Source of the DNA: Octopus vulgaris
Taxonomy: Eukaryota
DNA: 64,000 nt
Assembly (NCBI GenBank): GCA_951406725.2
Contig: OX597823.1
Span: forward strand, 103,106,001-103,170,000
Direction: 5' to 3'
Both the position numbers and the translations under genes were made by a program. This document shows, one piece after another, positions 28,235 through 41,600 of this stretch (position 1 is the first letter of the stretch; the number at the start of each line of letters is the position of its first letter). Below the pieces are notes generated by a model. It did not search any database, had not been told where the DNA came from, and was given only the letters and a program-made list of their open reading frames with translations.

Positions 28235-28266
<32 letters not shown>

Positions 28267-29262
28267 GTATATGTATGTATATGTATATATATATATGTAT
28301 ATTGCACTGGTATGGTCATGCAGTGAGAATGGATGAAGATAGGTGTGTGAGAAAGGGCCAATCCCTAGCAGTTGAGGGAGCCCGTGGAAGAGGTAGACCC
28401 AGGAAAACCTGGGACGAGGTGGTGAAGCACGACCTTCGTACTTTAGGCCTCACTGAGGAAATGACCAGCGACCGAGACCTCTGGAAGTATGCTGTACGTG
28501 AGAAGACCAGGCAGGACAAGTGAGCCCAGACCACTTATGAATGCCTTTCCTCCCTTGGACACAAAGTCTTGTTGAGGCAAGCGAAGTCGATATAGAACCT
28601 CATCCGACGACAGGCACCCATGCCAACCCCCTTTGCTTGCGAAGATATGTTGGGGCAAGCGAAATCGAAATCGAATTGAACCAGCCAGGATCCCTGGTCT
28701 GGTGGTACGTAAAAAGCACTATCCGACTCGTGGCCGATGCCAGTGCCGCCTCCACTGGCTTCCGTGCCGGTGGCACGTAAAATACACCAATCCGACCGTA
28801 CGACAGGCACCCATGCCAATCCCCCTTTGCTTGCGAAGACATGTTGGGGCAAGCGAAAGCGAAATCGAATTGAACCAGCCAGGATCCCTGGTCTGGTGGT
28901 ACGTAAAAAGCACTATCCGACTCGTGGCCGATGCCAGCGCCGCCTCGACTGGCTTCCGTGCCGGTGGCACATAAAATACACCAATCCGACCGTGGCCGTT
29001 TGCCAGCCTCGCCTGGCACCTGTGCAGGTGGCACGTAAAAAGCACCCACTACACTCACGGAGTGGTTGGCGTTAGGAAGGGCATCCAGCTGTAGAAACAT
29101 TGCCAGATAAGACTGGAGCCTGGTGCAGCCTTCTGGCTTCCCAGATCCCCGGTCGAACCGTCCAACCCATGCTAGCATGGAGAACGGACGTTAAACGATG
29201 ATGATGATGATGTATATATATGTATATATATATATGTATATGTATATATATACATATATATA

Positions 29263-29303
<41 letters not shown>

Positions 29304-30641
29304 CAACCCATGCTAGCATGGAAAACGGACATTAAATGATGATGATATATGCATGTGTGTCTGTGTTTGTCACTTGACAACTGATGTTGGTGTGTTTATG
29401 TCCCCATCGCCTAGTGGTTATAACCCATAGAAAAGTACTAGGCTTACAAAGAATAAGTTCCGGTGTTGATTTCTTTGACTAAAATCCTTTAAGGCGGTGC
29501 TCCAGCATGGCTGAAATCAAATGACTGAAACCAACAAAAGAATATTCCAAGTGTAGCACCTGGTCCTCAGGTGTCTTTACTGGAGTTCTCTCTGATTTCT
29601 CAGAGGCACTGGAAAGGATCTTGGATGCAACCATTCTTCCATAGAAACCTGAAGCACTGTTGTTGTTGTTATTGTTTTTAAGGCCCAAATGAACAATAGT
29701 ATTCCAATCATGACCATCCTATCTTTTTGTATGTCCATAATTATATCAGCAAATATGTACCTTTTTTTAATACATTTAACCCTTTCGTTACTATATTTAT
29801 TTTGAGATGCTGTGTTTCTTTCAATTACTTTAAATATAACAAAGAATTTAGTAAAATAACTTAGTTAACATTAAACAAGTGTTAGGAACATAAATTGCGA
29901 CTAAGGTTTGGTGGAAGATTTTAATGCAAAACTTATGAAAACAAGACATTTGTACTACAGAGCCAGAGCCGGGTTGGTAACGAAAGGGTTAAGACAGTAG
30001 GATGAGATTTGAGAGAGATTTGCCTGCTATTTCTAACAGACCAAATAACTATATACAGGATCCCCTGTTCACTGCAGAGGTACTGTATAATTGAGAAGAA
30101 TTTAAGTATTTGACAAAGCTGAGATCAAATGCTTGCTTGTTTATATCTTGGAGCAGTACTATCCACTAGTAAATAAGGCAGATTGGTTTTTGATTATCTC
30201 TGATTAGAAAATTCAGGATTGGCATTATTTATCACAATATTGTGAGACAAATGAAAAGTGATTAGTTGATTAATTAAGGTTATTAAAATAGAATATTGAA
30301 AAAATAGTCATTTAAACTGATCATTTCTCTAAAAATTATATTGAAATGTTTTTGTTTTTTAATTTTTAAATTTTTATTTTTTCTTTGTTTCAGTTTCAGA
30401 ATGTCCTTACAAGATGATTTTAAGACACAGCCAGTTGGCACGGGAACTGAAATATGTTTATGATAGGTATGTTCAATATTAATGGATATCAGCTCAGTTT
30501 GAAGGCTGAGTAAGTGGTCCAGTTATTTGATCAGTGGAACTATATACTCAATCTATGGTAGAGTGACTATAGAGTAAGGGACTGAATATTCCACAGAAAA
30601 TATATATCCCTAAAGGAATTCTCAGATAGAATCAGCATGGC

Positions 30642-30674
<33 letters not shown>

Positions 30675-33600
30675 CAAAGCTGGTCTTTTTGAATTAAATG
30701 AACAGTCCATGGCACCCAGACTTTCACCCAATTTCACAAGTGGATTTGGATGGAAACCAAAAGAAGCCTAAGGACCCATCAAGCCAAGTGCACCCATGCT
30801 GGTGGCACATAAAGAACATCTTTTGAATGTTGGGCCTGACGGAGGCAAAGTGGCTGAATTCCTTTTGTCCCATTAAGCCAAGCAAAATCACAGTCATGAT
30901 AGATACTAGTGTCATGCAAATTGGCATGTAAACGCACCCTGGTGTTATGCAAATAGCACCCGTGCCAGTGGCATCTAAAAGCACCCATTACACTCTCAGT
31001 GTGGTTAGCATTAGGAAGGGCATCCAGCCATAGAAAACCATGCCAAATCAGACTGGTGCAGCCTTCCAGCATGCCAGCCCAGTCAAACTGTCCAACCCAT
31101 GCCAGCATGGGCAACAGATGTTAAATGATGATGATGTGTGTGTGTGTTTGTGTACATCCTTGTCTTGACAACATGTGTTGGTAGTAAATAAGCATCACAA
31201 TCATACAACCAATGTTGGTCATTTCCAGTCTGCTGTGTAACATGTCTGACCAGGGGAAATATCTCCTGCTTGGAAACAGATGAGGGTTAACGACAGAAAG
31301 GATATCTGACCATAGAAAATCTGCTACAACAAATTTCATCTGATCTATGCAAGAATGGAAAAATGGACATCAAATGATGATAATGTATCATCATCATTTC
31401 TTGTGGCACAAGTACTACTGGCCCCTCTTTGTAACTGGCAAGACTAAGACCCCTTTTGGCTGAATGGAACTACAGAAGAGAGGAAAGCAGTTTTATGCTA
31501 GGTGTTATATATGTGTGTATGTATGGAAAACTAATATATATGTGTGTGGATGTTCTGCGTGTGTATATATATATATCTCTCTATATATATACATGTGTGT
31601 GTGTGGATGTATCAACCAAAAGATATTCACAACCATAGCTAAGATGGTATTAAAAAGTATAAAAACAAAATTGTAACAAAATCTTAAAAATGTACATTGT
31701 ATATATCTCTTAAATGCTAAAGGGAATCTGAATCAACTTATATATCATGCCTGAGGATTAGAAAAATACTGATAATCGTTTCTGTCTGTCTACCTGCACA
31801 GGTGTATTTGTGTGTAGTGTATATTTCTTGTGAACCTTGCTAGAGAACCTGGTTCATATATCAATTTTGGCTGTTTCTCTTGCCTCGTTTATGTTCTTGG
31901 GAAAATCATGAATATCGCAACTCATGTTTCTTTTGTAAAGGCAATAGAACTGATCCCTTGTTGGATATGTCTTATTCTAAGAATGTCCATTATCCTTTAA
32001 CATCTGTGTTTCCAGGATGACGGCAGTATATCACCACTTGTTTCAGTCTTTGTTATCTGAGGCACACAATCACAGAGAAAATAGCCAATTTTTGTCAGTT
32101 GTTATCTCTTGTGATTTTAGCATGATCTTACAGTAGGGACTCGGTGCAATTTGCATTTTATCATGTCACTATCACTAGAAAGATTGTTTGCCAAGACTGA
32201 AGAATCTTCTTTATCCTGTATCAGATATAACTAAGAGTAGCTGCCCTTTTGAGTGGGATGCTTTCACTGAAGGCTTGTGGAGTACACAATATACATAAAA
32301 GGTAAATGGGTTACTGGTGGTTTTGAGAATAAGTATGTAGTTATTTGATCAATTGAACTACTTGTTCATTGAATTAGTGTGTAAGTCAATGAAGTATTCT
32401 ACAGACATGTACAGTCTTTAAAGTAATTCTTTGGTGAAATCAATGAGACATTGTGATAAAACTAAACCTTTAAATTACTAGTATAATCCATCCAGTATGT
32501 CTCCACACAGTTATTGCCTACCCAGTTTCACTCACAAACCATGGGTCAACCTATGGCTATTGGTAAAAGACATTTGTCCAAGATCCCACACGTTTAAAAT
32601 GAATCTCTTGTTCATCACTCCTTATTACAATGTGCTTGCAGGCACACACACACACACAAACACACAAACACACACACACACACAGCCTTGTGGGGAGAAA
32701 AAAGGTGTACCAGCAACCTATTGAAACCCAGATCTAGAGCAAGAAATGGGGATTGGCTTGGACATAGCCTGCGGAAACCTGTCTTCAAAATTACAAATCA
32801 AGCCTTCTGCTGGACACTCAAAGGTGACAGACTGAAAAAAAACCTGGTCCACAGAAACTGAAGCACTGACAGGAGGCGGTGACACCCAGGTCCAAATGTG
32901 ATGCATTGCCAAAGATCAAGGCAAATGGTGATCTCTTGTTGGTACCCTGTGCTCCACAAGGAGCCAACGGAATTAGCAAACACACGCACACACGAATAAA
33001 TCCATGTATTTATTTGCTTATAAATTTGTTGCTGATTCTCTAAACTGTTTCCTTCCAGTCTTTGCAAAAATGGAATTGTTCATTTGTATGTCAACCACTG
33101 GGTTATGGTCAACTTCTGCTTACCTCACAGAGTCCACTTAAATTCTCTCAACAACAAAGCATTAAAGGTAATTAATTATTCCACTAATACAGTAGCTAAG
33201 TTGTAATGACACAGAGCCATTTGCCCTGATGTCATTACTTCATTTATTTATTTCTTTATTGCCCACAAGGGGCTAAACATAGAGGGGACAAACAAGGACA
33301 GGCGAAGGGGTTAAGTCGATTACATCAACCCCAGTGCATAACTAGTACTTAATTTATCACCCTGAAAGGATGAAAGGCGACCTCAGCTGAATTTGAACTC
33401 AGAACGTAACGACAGACGAAATACGGCTACGCATTTCGCCCGCCGTATTAACGTTTCTGCCAGCTCGCCGCCTTACTTCATTTATTACTGTTGATATGAT
33501 ACTGTATCTTTAAGCAAAGTTCACGTCTCTGTATGACCCTAATCATCATCATTTAATGTCCACTTTTCCATGCTTGCATGGGTCAGATGCAGATGTTCTA

Positions 33601-35583
33601 TGGTCAGGTGACCTTTCTTGTCATCGACCCTTACCTGTTGAAGGCTGGAAACAAACAACATTGCTTACTCTGTGGAGTGGTTGGCATTTCCTACCCATGC
33701 CAGCTGGAAAGCAGACATTAAATGAATAATAATAATAATGGTGATTGGGTAGAAAGTTGTGAGCTGGCAGAATCATTAGCATGCCAGGCAAAATGCTTTG
33801 TGGCATTTTGTCCCACTTTATGTTCTGGGCTCAAATTTTTCTGAGGTCAACTTTGCCCTCCATCCTTTCAGTGTCAACAAGATAAGTTCTAATTGAAGCA
33901 CTGGATTGATTTAATCCCTCCCCAAAATTGCTGGCTTTGTGTCAAAATTTGAAAACATTACATTCTGAATTTGAATGCTATCAAGGTCATCTATGCCTTT
34001 CATCCTTTTGAGGTTGATAAAATAAGTACCTGTGGATCATTGGGTTCAATGTAATTGACTTATCCCTTTCCCCCAAATTTTAGGCTTTTTGCCTAAAGTT
34101 GAAAGAATTGTTTGTTCTGGGTTTTTTTTTATGTTCTGAGTTCAAATCCTGCCGTGATCATTTCATCTTTCAAACTTTGAGGATCAGTCAAATACTTTAA
34201 ACTGATTAAACCTTGATGTCAATATGATCAACTTTTCCACTTTCCACAAATTTCCAGTCTTGTGCTTCTGTTGAAATTCTTTATTATTAAAACTATTATA
34301 TCACTGGTTTAGAGAAATTGTAGAACTTGTTATTTGTTAAAAATACTTAATCGTGTAATTATTATTTTCTGATATGATATGTGTAAAAGCACATGGCCTT
34401 CTGGTTAGGGTGTTGCATTTAGGGTTGCAAGGTTGTACTTTGATTCCCAAACTGGAGTTGCATTGTGTTCTTGAGCAAAACACTTCGTGTTGTTCCTGTG
34501 AATGGGTAATCTTGGTGTGGACTGGCATTCTGTCCTGTAGGGAATGTTGGCTTGCTTGCCTAACCATTGAGGTGACGTCATTTGAAGGTTATAACAATGC
34601 AATGAAGCACATTATGACAAGCAATGCATAATCACATTTGATAGTCTTGTTGATATAGTGATATGAATTATATTCATTATATCCAGTGTTATTTAATTTA
34701 GGTCAGCCCTAATCAAACAGACATCAGTGACATATAGTTGACTTTTTTTTTTTGTATAATTTCAGCCTGAAGCAATTGACAAATGTTTAGAATCCCTAAG
34801 GTAAATATCTTGTTTCTCAATTATTAGTACCATTTTTTTTCCAGCATGCAAGTCAATGTAGTGTATAGTGCCAACATTCAAAACATTGTCACTATCTTTG
34901 CAAATCCTGTTGCATTTCACATGGAATCTGTGGTCCTCCAAAGTCATCTTGGTGTATAAGTTGTCTTCCCATTTTTGGCTGGGAAATTGGGTCTGAAAAA
35001 TTCAACTTGTAGGCTAAAAAGTACAGTAAATATTTTGATATCTGATTGTTTGTTAATCCTTTAGTTTTCCTAATGCTCTGATGTTAGACATCTTTTACTT
35101 ATTTCAGTTACTAGACTATGGTCATGCTGGAGTACCACCTTGAATTTTTAGTCAAATGAATCAACCCCCAGTACTTTCTTTTATAAGAAGTGATACATAT
35201 TGTATCTTTCTCTTTTGCCAAACTACTAAGTTACACATCAACATCAGTTGTGCTGCTTTGACTGGCTATGCCAGTGCCGTCTTGACTGGCTTCCATGCCG
35301 GTGGCACATAAAAAGCACCAACCGATCGTGGCCGCTGCCAGCCTCCCCTGGCACCTGTGCTGGTGGCACGTAAAAAGCACACACTATACTCACGGAGTGG
35401 TTGGCGTCAGGAAGGGCACCCAGCAGTAGAAACACTGCCAGATCAGACTGGAGCCTAGTGCAGCCTCCTGGCTTCCCAGACCCCGATCGAACCATCCAAC
35501 CCGTGTTAACATGGAAAACGGACGTTAAACGATGATGATGATGATAATATATATATATACATACATATACACGCACACACACG

Positions 35584-35625
<42 letters not shown>

Positions 35626-38600
35626 CCATGCTAGCATGGAAAACGGACGTTAAACGATGATGATGATATATGATGAGCTTCTTTCAGTTTCTGTCTACCA
35701 AATCCACTCACAAGGCTTTGGTTGGCCCGAGGACATAGCAGAAGACACTTGCCCAAGGTGCCACGCAGTGGGACTGAACCGGGAACCATGTGGTTGGGAA
35801 GCAAGTTTCTTGTTGATATATTCATATAAAGTTAGATTTATTTGAATTTTTATTGTTTAGCATTCTTCATGCTGGTGCTTTATGATATATTGATGTGCTC
35901 ATAGCTGTTGTATTTAACATTTTACTAGTCATAGGATATCATGGTTGCTTTGACAGGTTAGACAGAGTTTATTGAGATAGATTTCTTTATGATCAGGTGC
36001 CCTTTCTGTCACCAACCTTTACCTGTTTCCAAGCAGACAGATTGATGTGATTGCAACAGCAGTCAAAATGTAATTAGCTGCTAGTGCCGGTGTTACTGTT
36101 CTTTCGTTGTTTAGCATCTGTCATCTTGGCTCAGCTGCTGTTCACAGTCTTTTTTCTGTCTGTCTTAAGTAGCCAAAGTGTGCTGAATTTTTATTGAAAG
36201 AAGCTTGCCAAAAGATGAAATTGTTGTTGGTGCTTGTTCTATGAGAAATCGTGATTGGTCAGATTTTCTTTTTTTTTTTTATGTTGGTAATATTCTAATG
36301 AATTGTGGCATTGGATATAATAATCTGATTGCTAACATTCCTGCTACAATAACATCAATAGAATTGGATGTTGATATATTGATGTCAAAATATGTGAATT
36401 TCATCTCTCCATGTTCATTATATACAACATAAATGTAATGCATCTAATCTAAAGTATAGTTCTTTAGTATTCATAGTTATAAACATCAACATCAAAAAAT
36501 CAAATGGAAATTGTAGTTGTGATACCTGTGCCGGTGGCATATAAAAAGTGCCATCCGAATGTGGCCGATGCCAGCGCCGCTTTGACTGGCTTCCGTGCCA
36601 GTTGCACATAAAAAGCACCAACTGATCGTGGCCGTTGCCAGCCTCGCCTGGCATGTAAAAAGCACCCACTACACTCACGGAGTGGTTGGCGTTGGGAAGG
36701 GCATCCAGCTGTAGAAACACTGCCAGATCAGACTGGAGCCTGGTGCAGCCTCCTGGCTTCCCAGACCCCGGTCAAACCGTCCAACCCATGCTAGCATGGA
36801 AAACGGACGTTAAACGATGGTGATGATGATAAACTTGTTAGATATATTAAAATTCAGTGGTTTCTTGTTATATGTTTTGTTCCCTTTGTTGTAGGCCCTA
36901 TCATGGTATACTACTTCTGGTTGACTGTGACACTCTTCTGAAATCCTTACCGATTGACTGTTCTCCAACTTTAGTTAGACTTATCAGCTGTGTAAACCCT
37001 ACAAAGAACCTTCAGACTCTCTCTTTAGATGCTGATCTCAGTTTGTCTCAGGTAATGAGTTCTTCAGTTCTTTTTTTACCGTTTGTAGCCATTTTATTCA
37101 TCTTTTTTTTCATGCTTGCATTAACTGAGTAGTTTATTTGTTGAAAAAATTGTTTTCATTGCAACTATGTGCCTTCTTACTGCTAACTTACACAACTGTG
37201 GAGTAGGAGTAAAGCATGTTCATAAGAATGTTATAATTTGCTTGAAACATTGCAGACAATATAAAAACAATATAAAAACAGTGATGCTGAGAGCAACAAC
37301 AATGCAGTTTGATGAAAATTAAATATGAATAAGAACAAGAACATAGATTGAGCTTTTACTTTGAGAAAAAATTTATAATCTTTATATTTTGTGTAAAAAT
37401 GCCTCTTATCAAAGTATGAAATGAATAAGAGGATGTCTGGTTTGTTTGTTGTGTCTGGTTTGGTAAGAGATTTTTTTACCTGAAATAAAAGGATTAAGAT
37501 AAAATTTCAACTTTTCTTATATCCAATTGTCCTCCATTTGCATCACATTTTTATATAAATTGATTTATCAAATAAATTCATATTGGTGTATTTTTTCACT
37601 AGGTTTTCCGTTTGGTCAGCCATTTAGTTTACTGGGCTAAAGCAATGATCATTTACCCTCTTTGTGAAAATAATATGTATGTCTTGTCTCCTCATACAAA
37701 CCCTATTAGGTAAGTCTTTTATCTTGTATTTGAGAGATTATTTTTTAAAATTATATTTATTTATTAATTTAATATTGCATTTGGTGAGCAATAGTGTTAT
37801 TGACTGTTTCTGCAACTCAAGTAAAGCAAATACAGTTCAGGATGTTTCTGGTTTTAAAAGCACCATTTTTGTTTTTGCTGACGTTTATTTATATACACGT
37901 ACAGGCTCAGGTGTGGCTGCGCTGTTGCATGGTACGAAGTTTGCTTCTTAACCACATGATAGCCAGTTCAGTCCCATTGCTTGGCACCTAGGAAAAATGT
38001 CTTCTAATATAGCCTTGGACCAACTAAAGCCTTGTTAGTGGATTTGGCAGATGGAAACTGAAAGAACACTTTATATATGTATATATATACCTATGTGTGT
38101 GTGTGTCTGTCCCCCACTACACTGCTTGACAACCGGTGTTGGTGTGTTTACATCCCCATAAATTAATGGTTTGGCAAGGAGACCGATAGAAGAAGTACCA
38201 GGTTTAAAAAAAGAAGTACTGGGTCAGTTCATTTGACTAAAAATTCTTAGGTGCAGTGCCCCAGCATGGTCACAGTCTAATGACTGAAACAAGTAAAAGA
38301 TAATAGACAATGTACACATATCGCTGTGCCGGCAGCACGTAAAATAGCACCCACTACACTCATGGAGTGGTTGGTGTTAGGAAGGGCATCCAGCTGTAGA
38401 AACAATGCCAGATCAGACTGGATCCTGGTGCAGCGTCCTGGCTTCCCAGACCCCGGTCGAACCGTCCAACCCATGCTAGCATGGAAAACGGACATTAAAC
38501 GATGATGATATCGTGTGTACATGATATGTACACTCTAAGGCGGCGAGCTGGCAGGAACGTTAGCACACCGGGCGAAATGCTTAGCGGTATTGCATCTGTT

Positions 38601-41600
38601 GTTGCGTTCTGAGTTCAAATTCCGCCGAGGTCGACTTTGTCTTTCATCCTTTTGGGGTCGATAAATTAAGTACCAGTTACGCACTGGGGTCGATGTAATT
38701 GACTTAATCCGTTTGTCTGTCCTTGTTTGTCCCCTCTATGTGTAGCCCCTTGTGGGCAATAAAGAAACAGATATGTACACTCATATACATATTTATGCTT
38801 CTTAGAAAGGAGCGAGAGAGAGAGAGAGAGAGATTCAGCTTGTGTTGAAACCAGCATTGCATGGTTCCAAACCATTCAGCCATGCTTTTGTCAATGGCAT
38901 GTTTTTATTTTCATTGTTGTTACCATTGAACATCCAATTCTTCATATACTGCACTTACATGTTATTTTCTGTCGTTTATTCTGTGAACCGATTTCTTTTT
39001 TGGCAGCAATGTACATTTGGTTGAGCTGTTTGAGAGAGATTTTCCGAATGAAAGTTTACCAGTTGTTCTTTCCAAATATTCCCTCCCAATTCGGATGAAT
39101 GAATATCGAGATGCTCTGGACACATCGCAGAAACAGGTAAATTCATCCTTTTAAATTAATCTTTTACAGCATTAAAAAACTTTTTTTCTCCTAAAGAATT
39201 TAAATTGGCTGTTATCATTCATTTATTCTACATCTCGCTCACAGTAATGTTTGTTGTTGTTGTAATAGTAATTTGTCTTCCTCCTCCTCCTATTTAGCAT
39301 TTCCACCATTTTGTTGTTACAGAGTCAGAAGTGTAAACTGGTCGTATGGATGCTGCAACACCAGATATTGATCCAGCTCCACACGTACATCTTCTTGTCT
39401 GTGCCCACGCAAAAGAGCAAGAAGAAGAAACTAACAGATTCCCTCTTGTCGTCCACACCACTGTCACAGTGTCTCCTCGGTAGGAGCATCCCTGATGTCA
39501 CCATTGATGAAAACTGCGTGCTAGAGAGGACTCAGAGTTCTTCAGATATTGCATCAGGTATGAACAGGGATGCTATAGCCATAACTCTCTCTCCCTCATA
39601 CACACATCTATACATATGAGTCTGGCGTCTTTGCTGCATTCGTTTAGCTTCCTTTAGTGTTTTCCTGGACGGACATTATTTTTCCCTATCAAAATAAAAT
39701 TCAAATGTTTTATAAAATAGGGTAGTATAAAGCACTCATGTTGGTGCCATTTAAAAGTGCCTGTGTGATACCACGTAAAAAGTGCCATTGTGGTACCATG
39801 TAAAAGCACGCAGCACACTCTGTAAAGTGGTTGGTGTTAGGAAGGGCATCCAGCCATAGAAACGATCTCAAATCAGACTTGAGTCTGGTGCAGCTCCCCA
39901 GCTTGTCAGCTCTGGCCAAACTGTCCAACCCATGCTGGCATGGAGAACAAATGTTAAATGATGATGATGATGGTGAAAGTAGATTATTTATATTAACTTC
40001 ATTTTCAATTGAAGAGTACAATAAATTCATGAATCTGACAACAAATACTCTTACAAAGCATTATGCTAAGCTTTCATTACACACACATGTAAATCTGTGT
40101 ATATGTATGTGGTCACACACACGACTGTGTGTACATTTATGCATTCACAAATATGATTGTACTTACATTATTTACAATTGACGGATATTTGTCCTCATCT
40201 TGTTTGTTGTTAACACAATCTTTCGGCTGATATACCCTCCAGCTTTCATTAGGTATCTTAGTGAATTTCAAAATTTCCCCAAGGCACCTGATGAAGGCTG
40301 GTGGGTATATTAGCCGAAACATTGTGTTAACAACAAACAAGATGAGGACAAATATCTGTCAATTGTAAATAATGTACATAATTCCTCATCTCTTTAGAAC
40401 TGATTGTATTTGTGCATTCACTTACACACTTAGTGTTGGATGCTAACATTCACTTTTTCATGCTTGCATTGGTCAGACAAGGTTTATTAAGGCAGATTTT
40501 CTATGGCTGGATGCTCTTCCTGTTGGCAACCATCACCTGTTTCCAAGCAAGATATTTCCCCATGGACCTACATATTTTCACAGAAATGACCATATAATGG
40601 TTTCTTCATTCACTCATTGCCTAGATGTCTAGAATTTTGATCATGCATGTGTGTTGCTGTTGTAGAGCCAAGATCAACTTTGATGAACAAACCTATGGCA
40701 TGTAGACAGTCAAATGAATAATGAGGCATGACCCACAAACTTATTGTGTCAGATACAGAGTACATTCCAGAAGTTTTCAGACTTTTTCGGGAGTGACATT
40801 TATTAATTTCAAGGAAGTACAAAACCCAAATCTCCTTCAAAGTAGGATCCTCTGACTGCAATGCACTTTTAGCACTCAGCTGTTTCATAAACATCACTCA
40901 GTACTTTGGGAACAGACTTTGCACATGTTCAGATCTTCAGGAACAATTCTGTGTACAGTTGCCACATCCACTTCAATCTGGATGCTTATTGCTTTTATAA
41001 AGACATAGGAGTTTGCATCTTGAAAATTGTTCCTTTTCTTAACCAGCTCTACTGTTCTGGTGTTCCTCTCCCTTCTACACATCATCATATCTCACCTCAT
41101 CCCTACCATCCTTGCACCTTGTGCCCACAAAAAAGTTCATCCATTAGAGTATGGAGCATTTCATAAATTTCCACAGCATTTTTGCCCAGTTTAGCACAAA
41201 ACTTTATTGCATATCAAGCTTCTAAATGTCCTGGTTGCATTCTGCAAACTGGTTAGCGCTTCACAAGCAGTGTTTAGTAGGGTGTGTTCAAAGTGTTGTT
41301 GCAGCCATCTCCTTCATTCTGGAATAACCAAAATTGTTAGGTCAGCTTATTAGATGTATTGTAATGATATACTAAAATTACAATAATCTAGGCCAGTTAT
41401 AACTGCCTCTCCTAAACAAGTCTTAAACCTTCTGGAATACACCTCAAATACCATGTCTTTGCTCAGATGTAGTCTACACCGCTAACTTTCACGTACAGTA
41501 GTTAATCATAAAGAGTGTGATCTAATAGCCACCACTGTCTATTATTCTCTTTTCACCAGTTGCACTCTCTCCATGAGCTGCTCTCTCTCTCTCTCTCTTT

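Noticed and set aside
24882-30393. Homologue of the alpha-globin enhancer in NPRL3 introns
   Set aside because: The introns are dominated by lineage-specific repeats, and scattered GATA words are expected by chance in AT-rich DNA
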